Counted from the first letter of the stretch, positions 19,346 through 29,834 are shown. The stretch is DNA of 64,000 nucleotides from a bacterium (GCA_963693055.1 OY843751.1:2464001-2528000), one strand, 5' to 3'. Notes: generated from the letters alone by a model not told the origin. Numbers and translations are program-made.

Positions 19346-20409
19346 TTGTAAATGCTGATGATTTTATCAAGTTTTTAAAAACTTGTCAGGAATCAAAATT
19401 GTTAGGATACGAACAGGCAATTGTACCTGTTGTATCGGCTAATCCTAAAAACAAAGAACTTGTTTTTTCTCCTGTTAATACTGAACGCACTATTGAACTC
19501 GATACCACCCGGACCATTGATCCTTTGAAAAATCTGTATTATGTTCCTCGGGAAAAAATTTATCCAACTGAATTCAAGAATATCAAACGAATAATCGCCG
19601 GTGTCAAAGCATGTGATTTAAAAGCCATTTCAATACTCGATAAAGCATTATTGTTAGACAATTTTGTTGATCCTTCTTATGAGCATTGGCGCAATAATAC
19701 ATTGATTATTTCTACAGACTGTTCAGAACCCTCACCTGCATGTCATTGTACTTTAATGGATGGTTCTCCATATCCTAACGCGGGTTTTGATATTAATCTC
19801 TCAAGAGTATTGGGCAATTATCATATAACTGTAGGATCCGATAGAGGAAAACAATTTGTTGAACACATGGCTATGGAAGTAGAGATTGTTGATGCTTTAC
19901 CTGATGTTAAGGATCAGGTTGAAGCAAATCGAAATAAAATGGAAAGATTGATTGAGCAGCTTAACCAGGATTTTGTACGAACTACTGACTATGAAGAAAT
20001 AAGACATGACAGTATTAATGTATGGCAGCAAAGATCAAAGGCTTGCGTTGGCTGCGGTGCTTGTACGAATATTTGTCCTACCTGTTATTGTCTTATATTA
20101 AATGACGAGTCCAAAGCCGAACAGTTTATCAAAGTCAGATCACAGGATTCCTGTCAGTTAAATGGGTACGCTCGTGTTGCAGGAGGTGGGACTCCACGTC
20201 CGCAAATGTTTTCCAGGTTTCGAAATAGATATCTGTGCAAACTTTTATTTATGAAATCAAATTTTGGAGAGATCGGCTGTACAGGTTGTGGACGATGTAC
20301 TGAAGCTTGCCCTGCTCAAATTGATTACCGTCAAGTTGTAGAGGACATTGGTCATGAAACAGCATTTGAAAAAGTTTCTCAGGATAAATTAGAGGGAGAT
20401 GAGTTATGA
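19342..20409 (+). CDS. AsrA/HydB (sulfhydrogenase beta)/FlxB-like 4Fe-4S dicluster protein
   Basis: GVKACD, DCSEPSPACHC, CVGCGACTNICPTCYC, RxxDSC, RFRNR and CTGCGRCTEACP. Confidence 0.85.
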   Translation: MIVNADDFIKFLKTCQESKLLGYEQAIVPVVSANPKNKELVFSPVNTERTIELDTTRTIDPLKNLYYVPREKIYPTEFKNIKRIIAGVKACDLKAISILDKALLLDNFVDPSYEHWRNNTLIISTDCSEPSPACHCTLMDGSPYPNAGFDINLSRVLGNYHITVGSDRGKQFVEHMAMEVEIVDALPDVKDQVEANRNKMERLIEQLNQDFVRTTDYEEIRHDSINVWQQRSKACVGCGACTNICPTCYCLILNDESKAEQFIKVRSQDSCQLNGYARVAGGGTPRPQMFSRFRNRYLCKLLFMKSNFGEIGCTGCGRCTEACPAQIDYRQVVEDIGHETAFEKVSQDKLEGDEL

Positions 20410-21227
20410 GTAATCCGTATGAGGTTATCCCGGCAGTTGTCTATGATGTGATCCAGGAATCTCCACTCATTCGGACATTAAGGGTAAAACCTGAAAAAGC
20501 AATCCCTTTTAAAACCGGTCAATTTATTGAATTGTCCATTCCTGGTATTGGTGAGGGTCCATTTACACCATCTTCATCACATTATATTAATGAAGAAATG
20601 GATATTACTATAATGAAAACAGGCTTTGTTACTGAATATGTTCATCAGGCCCAGATAGGTGATCGTGTAGGATTACGTGGCCCTTATGGTTCCAGCTATC
20701 CGTTAGATAAATTTGAAAACAAAGATTTACTCATTCTGGGTGGTGGTTGTGGTTTAGCACCTTTACGATCCCTTTTTCTGACATTACTGCATGACGTTGA
20801 AAGATACAAGAGTATTACATTTTTTGCAGGGGCTAAAACTCCTCAGGACTGTATTTATAAGGATTCTGTAACTGAATGGAACAAATATGATAATGTCCGC
20901 TTTGTTCGTTCGGTTGATGTTGTGCCGGATGGAGAGGATTGGGATGAAAATGTGGGCCTGGTTACTACATTGTTAGAACGACTCGATTTAACACCGGATG
21001 GGAATCCTGCCGTTGTATGTGGACCTCCCATTATGATGCGTTTTGGTACAATGGATTTATTGAATTATGGATTTAAAGAAGAAAATATCTATTTATCGAT
21101 GGAAAAAAAAATGTATTGTGGTTTTGGACAGTGTCGTCATTGTGTAATGGGCGGCTATTATGCCTGCAAAGATGGCCCCGTATTTTCTTATGCTGATATA
21201 AAGAATGAGGAGGACATTTGGGAATGA
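20406..21227 (+). CDS. AsrB/HydG (sulfhydrogenase gamma)/FlxA-like FAD/NAD(P)-binding [2Fe-2S] oxidoreductase
   Basis: GQF, RGPYG, GGGCGLAPLRS, CGPPIMM, EKKMYCGFGQCRHC...CKDGPVF. Confidence 0.9.
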   Translation: MSNPYEVIPAVVYDVIQESPLIRTLRVKPEKAIPFKTGQFIELSIPGIGEGPFTPSSSHYINEEMDITIMKTGFVTEYVHQAQIGDRVGLRGPYGSSYPLDKFENKDLLILGGGCGLAPLRSLFLTLLHDVERYKSITFFAGAKTPQDCIYKDSVTEWNKYDNVRFVRSVDVVPDGEDWDENVGLVTTLLERLDLTPDGNPAVVCGPPIMMRFGTMDLLNYGFKEENIYLSMEKKMYCGFGQCRHCVMGGYYACKDGPVFSYADIKNEEDIWE

Positions 21228-21727
21228 AACGTCTTTTTATTGATGTGCCCGGCCTGCTGGATGCCAATGTTTCGGCAGAGTCAATAGATTGTGAATACAT
21301 GTTTCATCGTTATAACCATGGAGCATTTTCATTACTTGAAGTTGCGGAATTTGCTTCTTATTGCCGCCAATGTACCGAATCGTTTTGTGTAAATGCTTGT
21401 CCGGTTGAAGCTCTTGAACGTCAACCCTCAGGAACAATTAAACGTTTCAATATGAGATGTGTTGGCTGTAAAAGCTGTATTTTAGCTTGTCCTTTTGGGA
21501 CTATATTCCCCGAAGTTATTAATTACATAACAGCAAGATGTGATTATTGTTTGAACCAGTTAGAGGCTGATCCGAATTATCAACCGGCATGTGTCAAATC
21601 GGCTCCGCACGATACTTTTGTGATGAAAGACATTGAACAAGAGAATCCGAAAGAACATGTCTATCTATACGGAGAACACCTGGCCGTTAAAAGTCCAAGC
21701 TGGCGTTATAAGGAGGGATTGGTATGA
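21224..21727 (+). CDS. HycB/CooF/DmsB-like 4Fe-4S electron-transfer protein
   Basis: CRQCTESFCVNACP, CVGCKSCILACPFG, RCDYC...PACV; ATGA overlaps at both ends. Confidence 0.85.
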   Translation: MKRLFIDVPGLLDANVSAESIDCEYMFHRYNHGAFSLLEVAEFASYCRQCTESFCVNACPVEALERQPSGTIKRFNMRCVGCKSCILACPFGTIFPEVINYITARCDYCLNQLEADPNYQPACVKSAPHDTFVMKDIEQENPKEHVYLYGEHLAVKSPSWRYKEGLV

Positions 21728-22653
21728 ATCTGGAATTGATTTTCTTTTTGTTGATATTCCCCGGCTTTTTATTTACCAGCATTCTGGGGATGACTGTTGG
21801 TTGGATTGATCGCAAAGTCTCTGCAAGATTTCAATATCGTGTTGGCCCTCCATTTTTACAGAACTTTAATGACTTTTTCAAATTACTGGGTAAGGAAACC
21901 ATTATTGTTAAAGACAGTGTGCACTCCCTTTTCATCTCTGCACCGTTTATTGCGTTTGCTGTGTTGGTGTTATTGTCTACCATCATAGGTGTTGCTTTAT
22001 TTTTTAATCAGGGCTTTGGCGGTGATTTGTTTGTTATCATGTATCTCTTGATGGTTTTTTCTGTTATGGTTGTATTGGGTGGTTCTGCAACCGGTAATGT
22101 CTATTCAAGTATTGGAGCTGGCAGAGAGATAAAATTATTGCTGGCTGATGAACTGGTTTTCATTCTAATCTGTTTGGTACCTGTCATTAAATCCGGTTAT
22201 CAACTTGATCTCCTGGGAATACTTACCGCCCAAGCACAAAGTGGAGTTTTTATCAATTCATTTTCTGGTGCAATTGCCTTTGTATTAGGTCTATTGTGCA
22301 TACAAGCCAAAATGACACTGCCGCCATTTCATATACCCGAAGCTGAAACTGAAATAGTTGAAGGACCCTTTATGGAATACAGCGGTCCACCACTTGCTTT
22401 CTGGAAATTGAACCATTTTCTCATGTGGGTGATTTTACCATTTTTACTGGTACTTTTGTTTATGGGTGGCTTTAATCTGCAAGGAATGGGTATCCTTTGG
22501 GCAGTACTCAAATATCTGCTTATCGTTGTTTTGATGATTATCATTAAAAATACAAACCCCCGTATCAAAATAGATACAGCATTAAACTTTTTCTGGAAAT
22601 ATGCTACCCCCTTGGGACTCGTTGCAATCATTTTAGCCGTGTTAGGAGTGTAA
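21724..22653 (+). CDS. Membrane-bound hydrogenase subunit, complex I subunit 1 family (NuoH/HycD/MbhM-like)
   Basis: DRKVSARFQYRVGPP...DFFKLLGKE and PFHIPEAETEIVEGPFMEYSG; multi-TM. Confidence 0.9.
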   Translation: MNLELIFFLLIFPGFLFTSILGMTVGWIDRKVSARFQYRVGPPFLQNFNDFFKLLGKETIIVKDSVHSLFISAPFIAFAVLVLLSTIIGVALFFNQGFGGDLFVIMYLLMVFSVMVVLGGSATGNVYSSIGAGREIKLLLADELVFILICLVPVIKSGYQLDLLGILTAQAQSGVFINSFSGAIAFVLGLLCIQAKMTLPPFHIPEAETEIVEGPFMEYSGPPLAFWKLNHFLMWVILPFLLVLLFMGGFNLQGMGILWAVLKYLLIVVLMIIIKNTNPRIKIDTALNFFWKYATPLGLVAIILAVLGV

Positions 22654-22655
22654 AT

Positions 22656-23075
22656 ATGGGATGGTATAATAAACGTCTTGCCAAATCGATATGGGTGTTT
22701 CATGTGAGCGCATCACCCTGTAATAATTGTGATATAGAAGTATTGGATCTGTTGACACCCAAATATGATCTTGAACGATTAGGGATCAAGCTGGTAGGCT
22801 CGGTACGTCATGCTGATGTTTTGCTGTTGAGTGGTATTATTAATCAAAAAGTGGCACCACGGGTAAAGCAGCTATATGACCAGGCTCCTAAACCCGTATT
22901 TGTAGTGGGAGTCGGTACCTGCCCATCCGGAGGCAGTTGCTTCAATAACAGTTACAATAAAGTCATGTCACGAGAAGATGTAATTCCCATTGATCTCTAT
23001 ATCCCCGGATGTCCTCCCAAACCGGAGGCTATGATTGAAGGTGTTGCAAAGCTTTTGGAGGTGCTGAATGCCTGA
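22656..23075 (+). CDS. Group 4 [NiFe]-hydrogenase small subunit (NuoB/HycG/MbhJ-like)
   Basis: CNNCDIE, RHADVLL, GTC and IPGCPPKPEA (single 4Fe-4S). Confidence 0.92.
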   Translation: MGWYNKRLAKSIWVFHVSASPCNNCDIEVLDLLTPKYDLERLGIKLVGSVRHADVLLLSGIINQKVAPRVKQLYDQAPKPVFVVGVGTCPSGGSCFNNSYNKVMSREDVIPIDLYIPGCPPKPEAMIEGVAKLLEVLNA

Positions 23076-23499
23076 TGTGAAATCTTTTATCGATAAAATG
23101 GGTGATCGAATAACCAATACGGTTGAAAAACCATTGCGTCTCTATTTTGAGGTTCCTGCTGAACATGTCAAAGAAGTAACGGGTTATCTGTTTAATGAAC
23201 TAGGGTGCCGGTTATCAACAGCAACAGCTACCGAAGTATATAGGGGAATTGAAGTATTGTATCATTTTTCTGATGATGAAACCGGTCAGTATTACTGTCC
23301 CCGAGTTGTTATGACAGACAAAGATAGTCCCACAATGCCTTCAATAACTCCTATTGTTCAGGGTGCGGAATGGATTGAAAGAGAGATGAACGAGTTTTGG
23401 GGAGTAATTTTTACAGACCATCCTAAACCAGAACGCCTTTTGTCAAAAGACCATCCCGAAAATCTGGATAAACCCTTACGCTTCAGGAGGCTGTCATGA
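23068..23499 (+). CDS. NuoC/MbhK-like hydrogenase subunit
   Basis: LYHFS...PSITP...AEWIEREMNEFWGVIFTDHP. Confidence 0.88.
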   Translation: MPDVKSFIDKMGDRITNTVEKPLRLYFEVPAEHVKEVTGYLFNELGCRLSTATATEVYRGIEVLYHFSDDETGQYYCPRVVMTDKDSPTMPSITPIVQGAEWIEREMNEFWGVIFTDHPKPERLLSKDHPENLDKPLRFRRLS

Positions 23500-24695
23500 A
23501 TGTTAATGGAACCACCAATACTGTTCCGGTAGGTCCTTTTCATCCGCTTTTGGAAGAAGCTGAATACTTTAATATCGTTGTTGATGGTGAAACCATTGTT
23601 GACATTGATATTGATATAGGCTGGATGCACAGAGGCCATGAGTATCTTTCTGAACAACGCACATTTACCCAGTCCATTTACCTGGTTGAACGTATATGTG
23701 GAATTTGTTCCACTTCGCACCCCCTTGCATGTGTGCATGCTATTGAGGATATAGACAATATTGAAATCCCATTGAGGGCACGTTATATTCGCACCTTGGT
23801 TGGCGAATTGGAACGTATACACAGTCATTTGTTGTGGCTGGGTCTGGCCGGTCATTTTATTGGTTATGATACATTGTGGATGTGGTCATGGAAATACCGA
23901 GAGCCTATTTTGCAAATGTTTGAGATTATCTCCGGTAACCGCAACCATTATGGAATGATGCGGGTAGGAGGCGTTGCACAGGATGTGGATCCGGATAAAA
24001 TACCCATCTTGATTGATCATATGGATGAAATTGCTCAAAAGATGGACATGATTGCCAAAGCTGCCAATGATGATCCGGTTTTAAAATCACGTCTTGTCGG
24101 AGTTGGTGTGCTTACTCATGAAGATGCGATCAATTATTGCGCGGTAGGTCCAACGTCACGCGCATCGGGTGTACCTGCGGATGTACGTAAATCAGAGGAT
24201 ACTGACGCTTATTCTTTGATCGATTGGAATGTCATCGTCCTTGAGCATGGTGATGTTTATGACAAGCTGGTCGTTCGTGTATTGGAAACCGTTGAATCGA
24301 TCAAGATCTGCAAAATCTGTCTGGAAAAGCTCAAAACCGTGCAAGGTCCGATTCTAAATAAAGTTAAGGAAATTTCACCTGGGGAGGGTATTGGTAGATA
24401 TGAAGCTCCACGTGGTGAAGTTTTTCATTATATTCGTTCAGATGGCACTAACAGGCCTATTCGCCACAAGGTACGTGCCCCGAGTTTTGTTAATATTCCA
24501 ACCTTTGCTGCAACATGCAAAGGCGCTTCACTTGCAGATGCATTAATTACTACTGCTTCTGTTGATCCGTGTTATTGTTGTACAGAACGATCCTTACGTG
24601 TCAAAGATACAGGTTCAAATGTTCTGGATGTGGATTTACTGGAACTTTCCCGAATAAAGACCAATGAAATCAGGAGGGAGATCCATGGAGTTTAA
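23496..24695 (+). CDS. Group 4 [NiFe]-hydrogenase large subunit (MbhL/HycE-like)
   Basis: GPFHP, GWMHRGHE, L1 ERICGICS, ELERIHSHLLW, EAPRGE, L2 DPCYCCTER followed by a ~34-aa C-terminal extension. Confidence 0.95.
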   Translation: MNVNGTTNTVPVGPFHPLLEEAEYFNIVVDGETIVDIDIDIGWMHRGHEYLSEQRTFTQSIYLVERICGICSTSHPLACVHAIEDIDNIEIPLRARYIRTLVGELERIHSHLLWLGLAGHFIGYDTLWMWSWKYREPILQMFEIISGNRNHYGMMRVGGVAQDVDPDKIPILIDHMDEIAQKMDMIAKAANDDPVLKSRLVGVGVLTHEDAINYCAVGPTSRASGVPADVRKSEDTDAYSLIDWNVIVLEHGDVYDKLVVRVLETVESIKICKICLEKLKTVQGPILNKVKEISPGEGIGRYEAPRGEVFHYIRSDGTNRPIRHKVRAPSFVNIPTFAATCKGASLADALITTASVDPCYCCTERSLRVKDTGSNVLDVDLLELSRIKTNEIRREIHGV

Positions 24696-26496
24696 TACGC
24701 TGGTTTTACTTGTTACTGTCCCTCTGGGGATTGCTGTACTGAATCTGGTTTTACCCACATTACTACAAAAACTGTCAATGGTTGTGGGGACATTGAGTTT
24801 AATGTGGTTTTCTTTTTTGCTCTATAAAAGCGGCAATATGGTTTGGGATATGAATGATCAGGTGTTTTTACAAACTACACCCTTGTCGGTTTTATGTATT
24901 GTATTTGTTCAAATTATTTCCTTTATCATTCTGCTATTTGCGATAAAAGGTATGAATCCTGATCTTGAGCACAGGTTTTTCATTTTGTTTCCATTAACTA
25001 TTGCCTTAAGTAATGGTGCGTTGGCGAGTGATCATAGTATCTTTTTTCTCATATTTTGGGGGTTTTCAGGTGTGTTGCTTTATCTGTTTGGTGTAATGTC
25101 CGGAAATGGAGATGCATCTCAATCTGCTAAAAAGACATTCATGATTATTGGTGGTAGCGATGCATTTTTAATTATGGGCTTTGCTATTTTGTGGACCCTG
25201 CAGCCCGGTTCCAACTGGTCTTTAAACGCATTAAATGTTCCTCTCGATAGTGGCATGTCATGGTTGGCATTGATATTTTTACTTTTGGCTGCTTTTGCCA
25301 AAGCTGGATGTTTTCCTTTCCATACCTGGGTGCCGGATTACAGTCGGGATACGCATGTAGAAGCCGTAGTTTTGCTGCCTGCATCGATTGACAAACTTTT
25401 GGGTATTTACCTGTTGGCCATGATTGTAACTGTATTTTTTCAAGCCACTTTGTTACTGCACATGATACTGATCACTGTAGGTGCGGTTTCTATTATTACC
25501 GCGGTTATGATGGCGTTAACACAGCATGATGGTCGTCGTTTGCTAGGTTACCATGCTGTTAGTCAGGTTGGATATATGGTGCTGGGTGTTGGCAGCGGCA
25601 ATTTGATTGCTTTTGCAGGTGGGTTGTTCCACATGATCAATAATGTGTTATACAAAAGCGGATTGTTTCTTTCTATGGGTGCGGTTGAGAAAAAGACCGG
25701 TACACATGATCTTGATAAACTTGGTGGACTAGCTCGCTGTATGCCTTTAACATTCATAATGGCTTTGGTAGCAGCGTTATCTATTTCAGGAATTCCTCCT
25801 TTTAATGGATTTTTCTCCAAATGGATGATTTACCAGGGATTGGTTGAAATGGCTGGTTCCATGGCACCGGGCTATCAGCTTTGGTTATTGTTGTGTTTAA
25901 TTCTGGCTGTCTTTGGTAGCGCATTAACCCTTGCCAGTTTTCTGAAATTTATCCATGCTGTATTTCTGGGCAAACGTCCTGAAAAATACAACAATGTTGA
26001 TGAAGCACCAGCTAATCAATGGCTTTCAACCGGAGTTCTGGCATTATTATGTTTGGTTTTCGGATTATTTGCTATACAGGTTCCGCTAAAACTTTTTATA
26101 CTTCCCATTGCGGGTGTTTCTATAGAGTCCCTGCCATTTATTGGATTATATCAGCCGGTTATTATTTCTATACTATTTTTAATAATGCTAATCTTTGGTT
26201 TATTGATATATCGTACTGCCCGCACTGTTCGGTATGATCAAAATTATATTGGTGGCATGCCGGCCCATGAAAAATACCGCGTTTCCGGTACCGGATTTTA
26301 TAACGAAATACGTCGCATGTCTCCGCTCAAAGCATTGTATGATGCTGCTGAGAAAAAGATATTTGATATTTATAATCAGGGAGCCGGTATTACCAATGGT
26401 TTTGCGGCCTTGTTCCAAAAAGCCCATCCGGGTCAGTTACAGTTGTACCTGTTGTATATGATAATCGGTTTGTTGATTTTTATTTTCCTTATTTAG
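24685..26496 (+). CDS. Antiporter-like subunit (MrpA N-terminal part/NuoL/MbsH'-like) with C-terminal lateral helix
   Basis: AGGAGG before ATG 24685; KAGCFPFHTWVP, RRLLGYHAVSQVGY, HMINNVLYKSGLFL and GIPPFNGFFSKW; hydrophilic tail then a final TM helix. Confidence 0.88.
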   Translation: MEFNTLVLLVTVPLGIAVLNLVLPTLLQKLSMVVGTLSLMWFSFLLYKSGNMVWDMNDQVFLQTTPLSVLCIVFVQIISFIILLFAIKGMNPDLEHRFFILFPLTIALSNGALASDHSIFFLIFWGFSGVLLYLFGVMSGNGDASQSAKKTFMIIGGSDAFLIMGFAILWTLQPGSNWSLNALNVPLDSGMSWLALIFLLLAAFAKAGCFPFHTWVPDYSRDTHVEAVVLLPASIDKLLGIYLLAMIVTVFFQATLLLHMILITVGAVSIITAVMMALTQHDGRRLLGYHAVSQVGYMVLGVGSGNLIAFAGGLFHMINNVLYKSGLFLSMGAVEKKTGTHDLDKLGGLARCMPLTFIMALVAALSISGIPPFNGFFSKWMIYQGLVEMAGSMAPGYQLWLLLCLILAVFGSALTLASFLKFIHAVFLGKRPEKYNNVDEAPANQWLSTGVLALLCLVFGLFAIQVPLKLFILPIAGVSIESLPFIGLYQPVIISILFLIMLIFGLLIYRTARTVRYDQNYIGGMPAHEKYRVSGTGFYNEIRRMSPLKALYDAAEKKIFDIYNQGAGITNGFAALFQKAHPGQLQLYLLYMIIGLLIFIFLI

Positions 26497-26520
26497 TCAT
26501 ACAGGAGCATGGAGGATACT

Positions 26521-27072
26521 ATGCCTGTTGAAACATGGTTGACATTTACATTAGGATTTATGGTTATTGGATCCATTGTAGCGTTGGAAATCAAAGACAT
26601 TCTTTCTTCAATTATTGCCATTGGCATTGTGGGCCTGGCTGTATCGGTTTCATTCCTGTTTTTGCAGGCCCCTGATCTTGCGATTGTTCAATTTTTATTT
26701 GAGATATTTGCTTTAATCATTCTGGTGCGTGCGTTTATATCCAAAGAAAACCACGAGATGGAACCCGTCAAGGCTGGTAAAATGATAACTGCAATATCAA
26801 TCCTCGTATTAATTGCTATTTTTGCCGGCAGTATCCAGTTCTTTCGCTTAATGCCGGCTTTTGGTGATCCGATTTTGGGAACAGCAGCTCACTATTTGGA
26901 AAACGGTGCAGTTGAGACGGGCGCAGCAAATCTGGTTAGCTCAATAATTTTAGATTATCGTGCTTATGATACACTGGGTGAGGTTACCGTTTTGTTTACC
27001 GCTATATTGGGAACCATAACTATTTTAAGAATACGGACAAATTCAAAACAGACAGGAGGTACCGAGTCATGA
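26521..27072 (+). CDS. MbhD+MbhE fusion (DUF4040 + MrpA C-terminal part)
   Basis: LQAPDLAIVQ and NLVSSIILDYRAYDTLGEVTVL motifs. Alternative start 26509. Confidence 0.88.
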   Translation: MPVETWLTFTLGFMVIGSIVALEIKDILSSIIAIGIVGLAVSVSFLFLQAPDLAIVQFLFEIFALIILVRAFISKENHEMEPVKAGKMITAISILVLIAIFAGSIQFFRLMPAFGDPILGTAAHYLENGAVETGAANLVSSIILDYRAYDTLGEVTVLFTAILGTITILRIRTNSKQTGGTES

Positions 27073-27518
27073 ATGATAAGAAAGGAATGACATTGATAGT
27101 AAAAACAGTCTCTCGTCTCTCTGTTTGGTTAATTCTACTGTATGGTATGTATATCATTTTGCATGGACATCTAACTCCGGGTGGAGGCTTTGGTGGAGGC
27201 GTAATCATCGCTTTGGCATTTTTAAACATACTGCTTGCCTATGGTAAAGACTTTACTCAGTCCTGGATCAATATTCATGCATTTGAGCGATTTGAAAGTT
27301 TAAGCGCACTATTGTTCCTCATTATTGGTATCGTTGGTATTGCAACAGGTGTTTCGTTCCTGTTTAATTTTCTTCAACATGGTTCGCTGTTTCATTTGTT
27401 AAGTGCCGGTACAATTCCGGTTTTAAATATTATTATTGGCATCAAAGTATCATTGTCACTGTTTCTTGTGATTTGGGTTTTGGCCGGTATTAAAATAGCC
27501 AAAGGAGACAACGCATGA
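27069..27518 (+). CDS. mnhB: Mrp/Mnh antiporter subunit B (MbhF-like)
   Basis: HGHLTPGGGFGGG signature. Confidence 0.9.
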   Translation: MNDKKGMTLIVKTVSRLSVWLILLYGMYIILHGHLTPGGGFGGGVIIALAFLNILLAYGKDFTQSWINIHAFERFESLSALLFLIIGIVGIATGVSFLFNFLQHGSLFHLLSAGTIPVLNIIIGIKVSLSLFLVIWVLAGIKIAKGDNA

Positions 27519-27853
27519 TCATCTATTATTTGTGTTTTGCGCTCTTTCTTGTGGGAGTGTATGGAGTATTAACAAAACGGGATTTAATTAAAATCATTCT
27601 CTCGGTTGCAATTATGGGGTATGCAGCAAATATGTTTTTAATCCTGTTTGCTTATAAAAAGGATGCCATTTATCCCATTCTCACAAGTACAGAAAATATT
27701 AAAGCCATGGTAGATCCTTTACCTCAGGCGCTAGTTTTAACGTCTATTGTTATTGAGCTGGGTACAACTGCGTTACTGGTAGCACTAGCAGTTAAATTGT
27801 TTGAAAAATATAAAACCTTTGATATTACCAAAATAAGGAGATTGCACGGATGA
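27515..27853 (+). CDS. mnhC: Mrp/Mnh antiporter subunit C (MbhG-like)
   Basis: DPLPQALVLTSIVI signature; 3 TM. Confidence 0.92.
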   Translation: MIIYYLCFALFLVGVYGVLTKRDLIKIILSVAIMGYAANMFLILFAYKKDAIYPILTSTENIKAMVDPLPQALVLTSIVIELGTTALLVALAVKLFEKYKTFDITKIRRLHG

Positions 27854-29325
27854 TTCTACCGACTTTTATTGTCATCCCCCTGGCGGCTGCCTTTCTTATT
27901 ACCCTTATTGCAGGTAAAAAAGATATCTGGGGAATTGCCATTGCACTGGTTGCTACACTAGCGTTACTGATTCTATCCGTTTCCGAATTTATAACATTGG
28001 ATGGTGAAACTCAAACATATGAAATGGGAGGGTGGATTGTTCCAATCGGAATTGTGTTGGTCAAAGACGCATTAACCTGTTTTATGCTTATTATCAGCAG
28101 TTTGATAGCCTTTACATCTTTATTGTATTCCATACAATATATCCGTCATCTTTCAATGGATTGGAAATACTATGCATTGTTTATGCTGCTGCTTGCAGGA
28201 ATGAATGGTGTAACTATTACCGGTGATTTGTTTAATCTTTTTGTCTTTATGGAAGTAGCATTACTGGCCGCTTTTTCACTTGTTGCTTATGGAGGCAGAG
28301 CAGAAGAGTTTGAAGCTTCGTTCAAATACGCTGTAATGGGTGCCGTTTCATCCAGTATTGTGCTTATTGGTATTGCGGTAACATATACCACCACTTCTAC
28401 TCTGACATTGGCTGGTATTGCCAAAGCACTGCATGCTGCTGATCCCGCACTTGCATTATGGATTGGTGCTATATTCCTTGCCGGATTTGGGCTCAAAGCT
28501 GCTGCCATGCCGTTTCATGCATGGCTGCCGGATGCACACTCTTCTGCACCCGCGCCAATATCTTCAATGTTGTCAGGAGTATTGATAAAGGTTTTAGGAA
28601 TCTATGTACTGGTTAGGATATTTTTCAATGTATTGGGAGCGCCGCAACTTTTTATGACTCTGTTCCTGATCATTGGTGGAATATCGGTTGTGATCAGCGG
28701 ATTGCTATCCGTTGGACAATGGGATATAAAACGATTGCTTGCTTATAGCAGTATCAGCCAGATTGGTTATATTTTGCTGGGTTTGGGTTTGGCAACCCCT
28801 TTGGGCATATTGGGGGCGGTTTTCCATATGTTTAATCATGCCGTATTCAAAGCCTTATTGTTTTATAATGCGGGCAGTGTTGAAATGATAACCGGCACCC
28901 GTGATCTCCACAAGATGGGAAACCTGGGCAAGCTGATGCCTGTAACCTCGGCTACTTCATTAATTGCATCACTAGCGATTTCGGGAATTCCTCCTTTTAA
29001 TGGATTTTTTAGCAAGCTTTTAATCATTATTGCGCTTGTACAGGCCGGGCATCCCGTATATGCTATTATTGCTATTGCGGGCAGTTTGTTGACTCTTGCC
29101 GCCTTGATGAAAGTACAACGTCATGGCTTTCACGGAGATGCTGAAATGGTTGAGCCTAAAGAAAAAATTGGCTGGAACATGAATTTAGCCATGATTGTAC
29201 TTGCTGTAATCTGTGTTGTTTCCAGCTTGTTGCTGCTACCCGGCATCAAAGAAGTAACCCTTGATCCTGTTGTGACAGTCATTGTTGAAAATGCAAAATA
29301 TACCCAGTTTGTTATGGGGAGGTAG
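27850..29325 (+). CDS. mnhD: Mrp/Mnh antiporter subunit D (MbhH-like)
   Basis: TGDLFNLFVFMEV, KAAAMPFHAWLPDAH, KRLLAYSSISQIGY, NHAVFKALLF. Confidence 0.92.
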   Translation: MILPTFIVIPLAAAFLITLIAGKKDIWGIAIALVATLALLILSVSEFITLDGETQTYEMGGWIVPIGIVLVKDALTCFMLIISSLIAFTSLLYSIQYIRHLSMDWKYYALFMLLLAGMNGVTITGDLFNLFVFMEVALLAAFSLVAYGGRAEEFEASFKYAVMGAVSSSIVLIGIAVTYTTTSTLTLAGIAKALHAADPALALWIGAIFLAGFGLKAAAMPFHAWLPDAHSSAPAPISSMLSGVLIKVLGIYVLVRIFFNVLGAPQLFMTLFLIIGGISVVISGLLSVGQWDIKRLLAYSSISQIGYILLGLGLATPLGILGAVFHMFNHAVFKALLFYNAGSVEMITGTRDLHKMGNLGKLMPVTSATSLIASLAISGIPPFNGFFSKLLIIIALVQAGHPVYAIIAIAGSLLTLAALMKVQRHGFHGDAEMVEPKEKIGWNMNLAMIVLAVICVVSSLLLLPGIKEVTLDPVVTVIVENAKYTQFVMGR

Positions 29326-29327
29326 GC

Positions 29328-29834
29328 ATGAATTTAAAATTAAAAAGTCGCATTATTGTTTTTATCTTGTCTTTCCTGGTTTGGATTGCGTTAACAAGCT
29401 ATAAAGATGTTCAGGAGATTGTTGCCGGATTGATTGTCGCGTTCATAGTATCCTGGGCTGCCGGACATTTCTTTATCACTACTGAAAAACAGCATGGTAC
29501 AATTAGGCGAATATTTGCAGCCATTCGATATATGTTTAAATTCTTGTTTGAAATGATTCGGGCCAATTTGCATGTAGCCTATATTGTTGTGCATCCTAAT
29601 TTACCTATCAAGCCGGGTATTGTAAAAATAAAATCTAATCTTACCAAAGATTCAGCATTGACCATACTGACAAATTCAATCACACTTACACCAGGAACAT
29701 TAACCATTGATATCAATCCTGATACCAAAGAGATTTATATTCACTGGATTGATGTTTTATCCACAAAAATTGAAGAAAATACCCAAAACATCGGACAACG
29801 TTTTGAACCCTTGTTGATGGAGGTGTTTGAATGA
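29328..29834 (+). CDS. mnhE: Mrp/Mnh antiporter subunit E (MbhA-like)
   Basis: PGIVKI...LTNSITLTPGTLT...YIHWI. Confidence 0.92.
   Translation: MNLKLKSRIIVFILSFLVWIALTSYKDVQEIVAGLIVAFIVSWAAGHFFITTEKQHGTIRRIFAAIRYMFKFLFEMIRANLHVAYIVVHPNLPIKPGIVKIKSNLTKDSALTILTNSITLTPGTLTIDINPDTKEIYIHWIDVLSTKIEENTQNIGQRFEPLLMEVFE

Noticed and set aside
19342-21227. Anaerobic sulfite reductase asrAB or a soluble group 3b hydrogenase
   Set aside because: No siroheme AsrC follows, and the hydrogenase subunits are group 4 type (short one-cluster small subunit, NuoC/H partners).
24565-24590. [NiFeSe] hydrogenase or selenocysteine recoding
   Set aside because: The L2 motif is encoded by TGT codons (DPCYCC), with no in-frame TGA.
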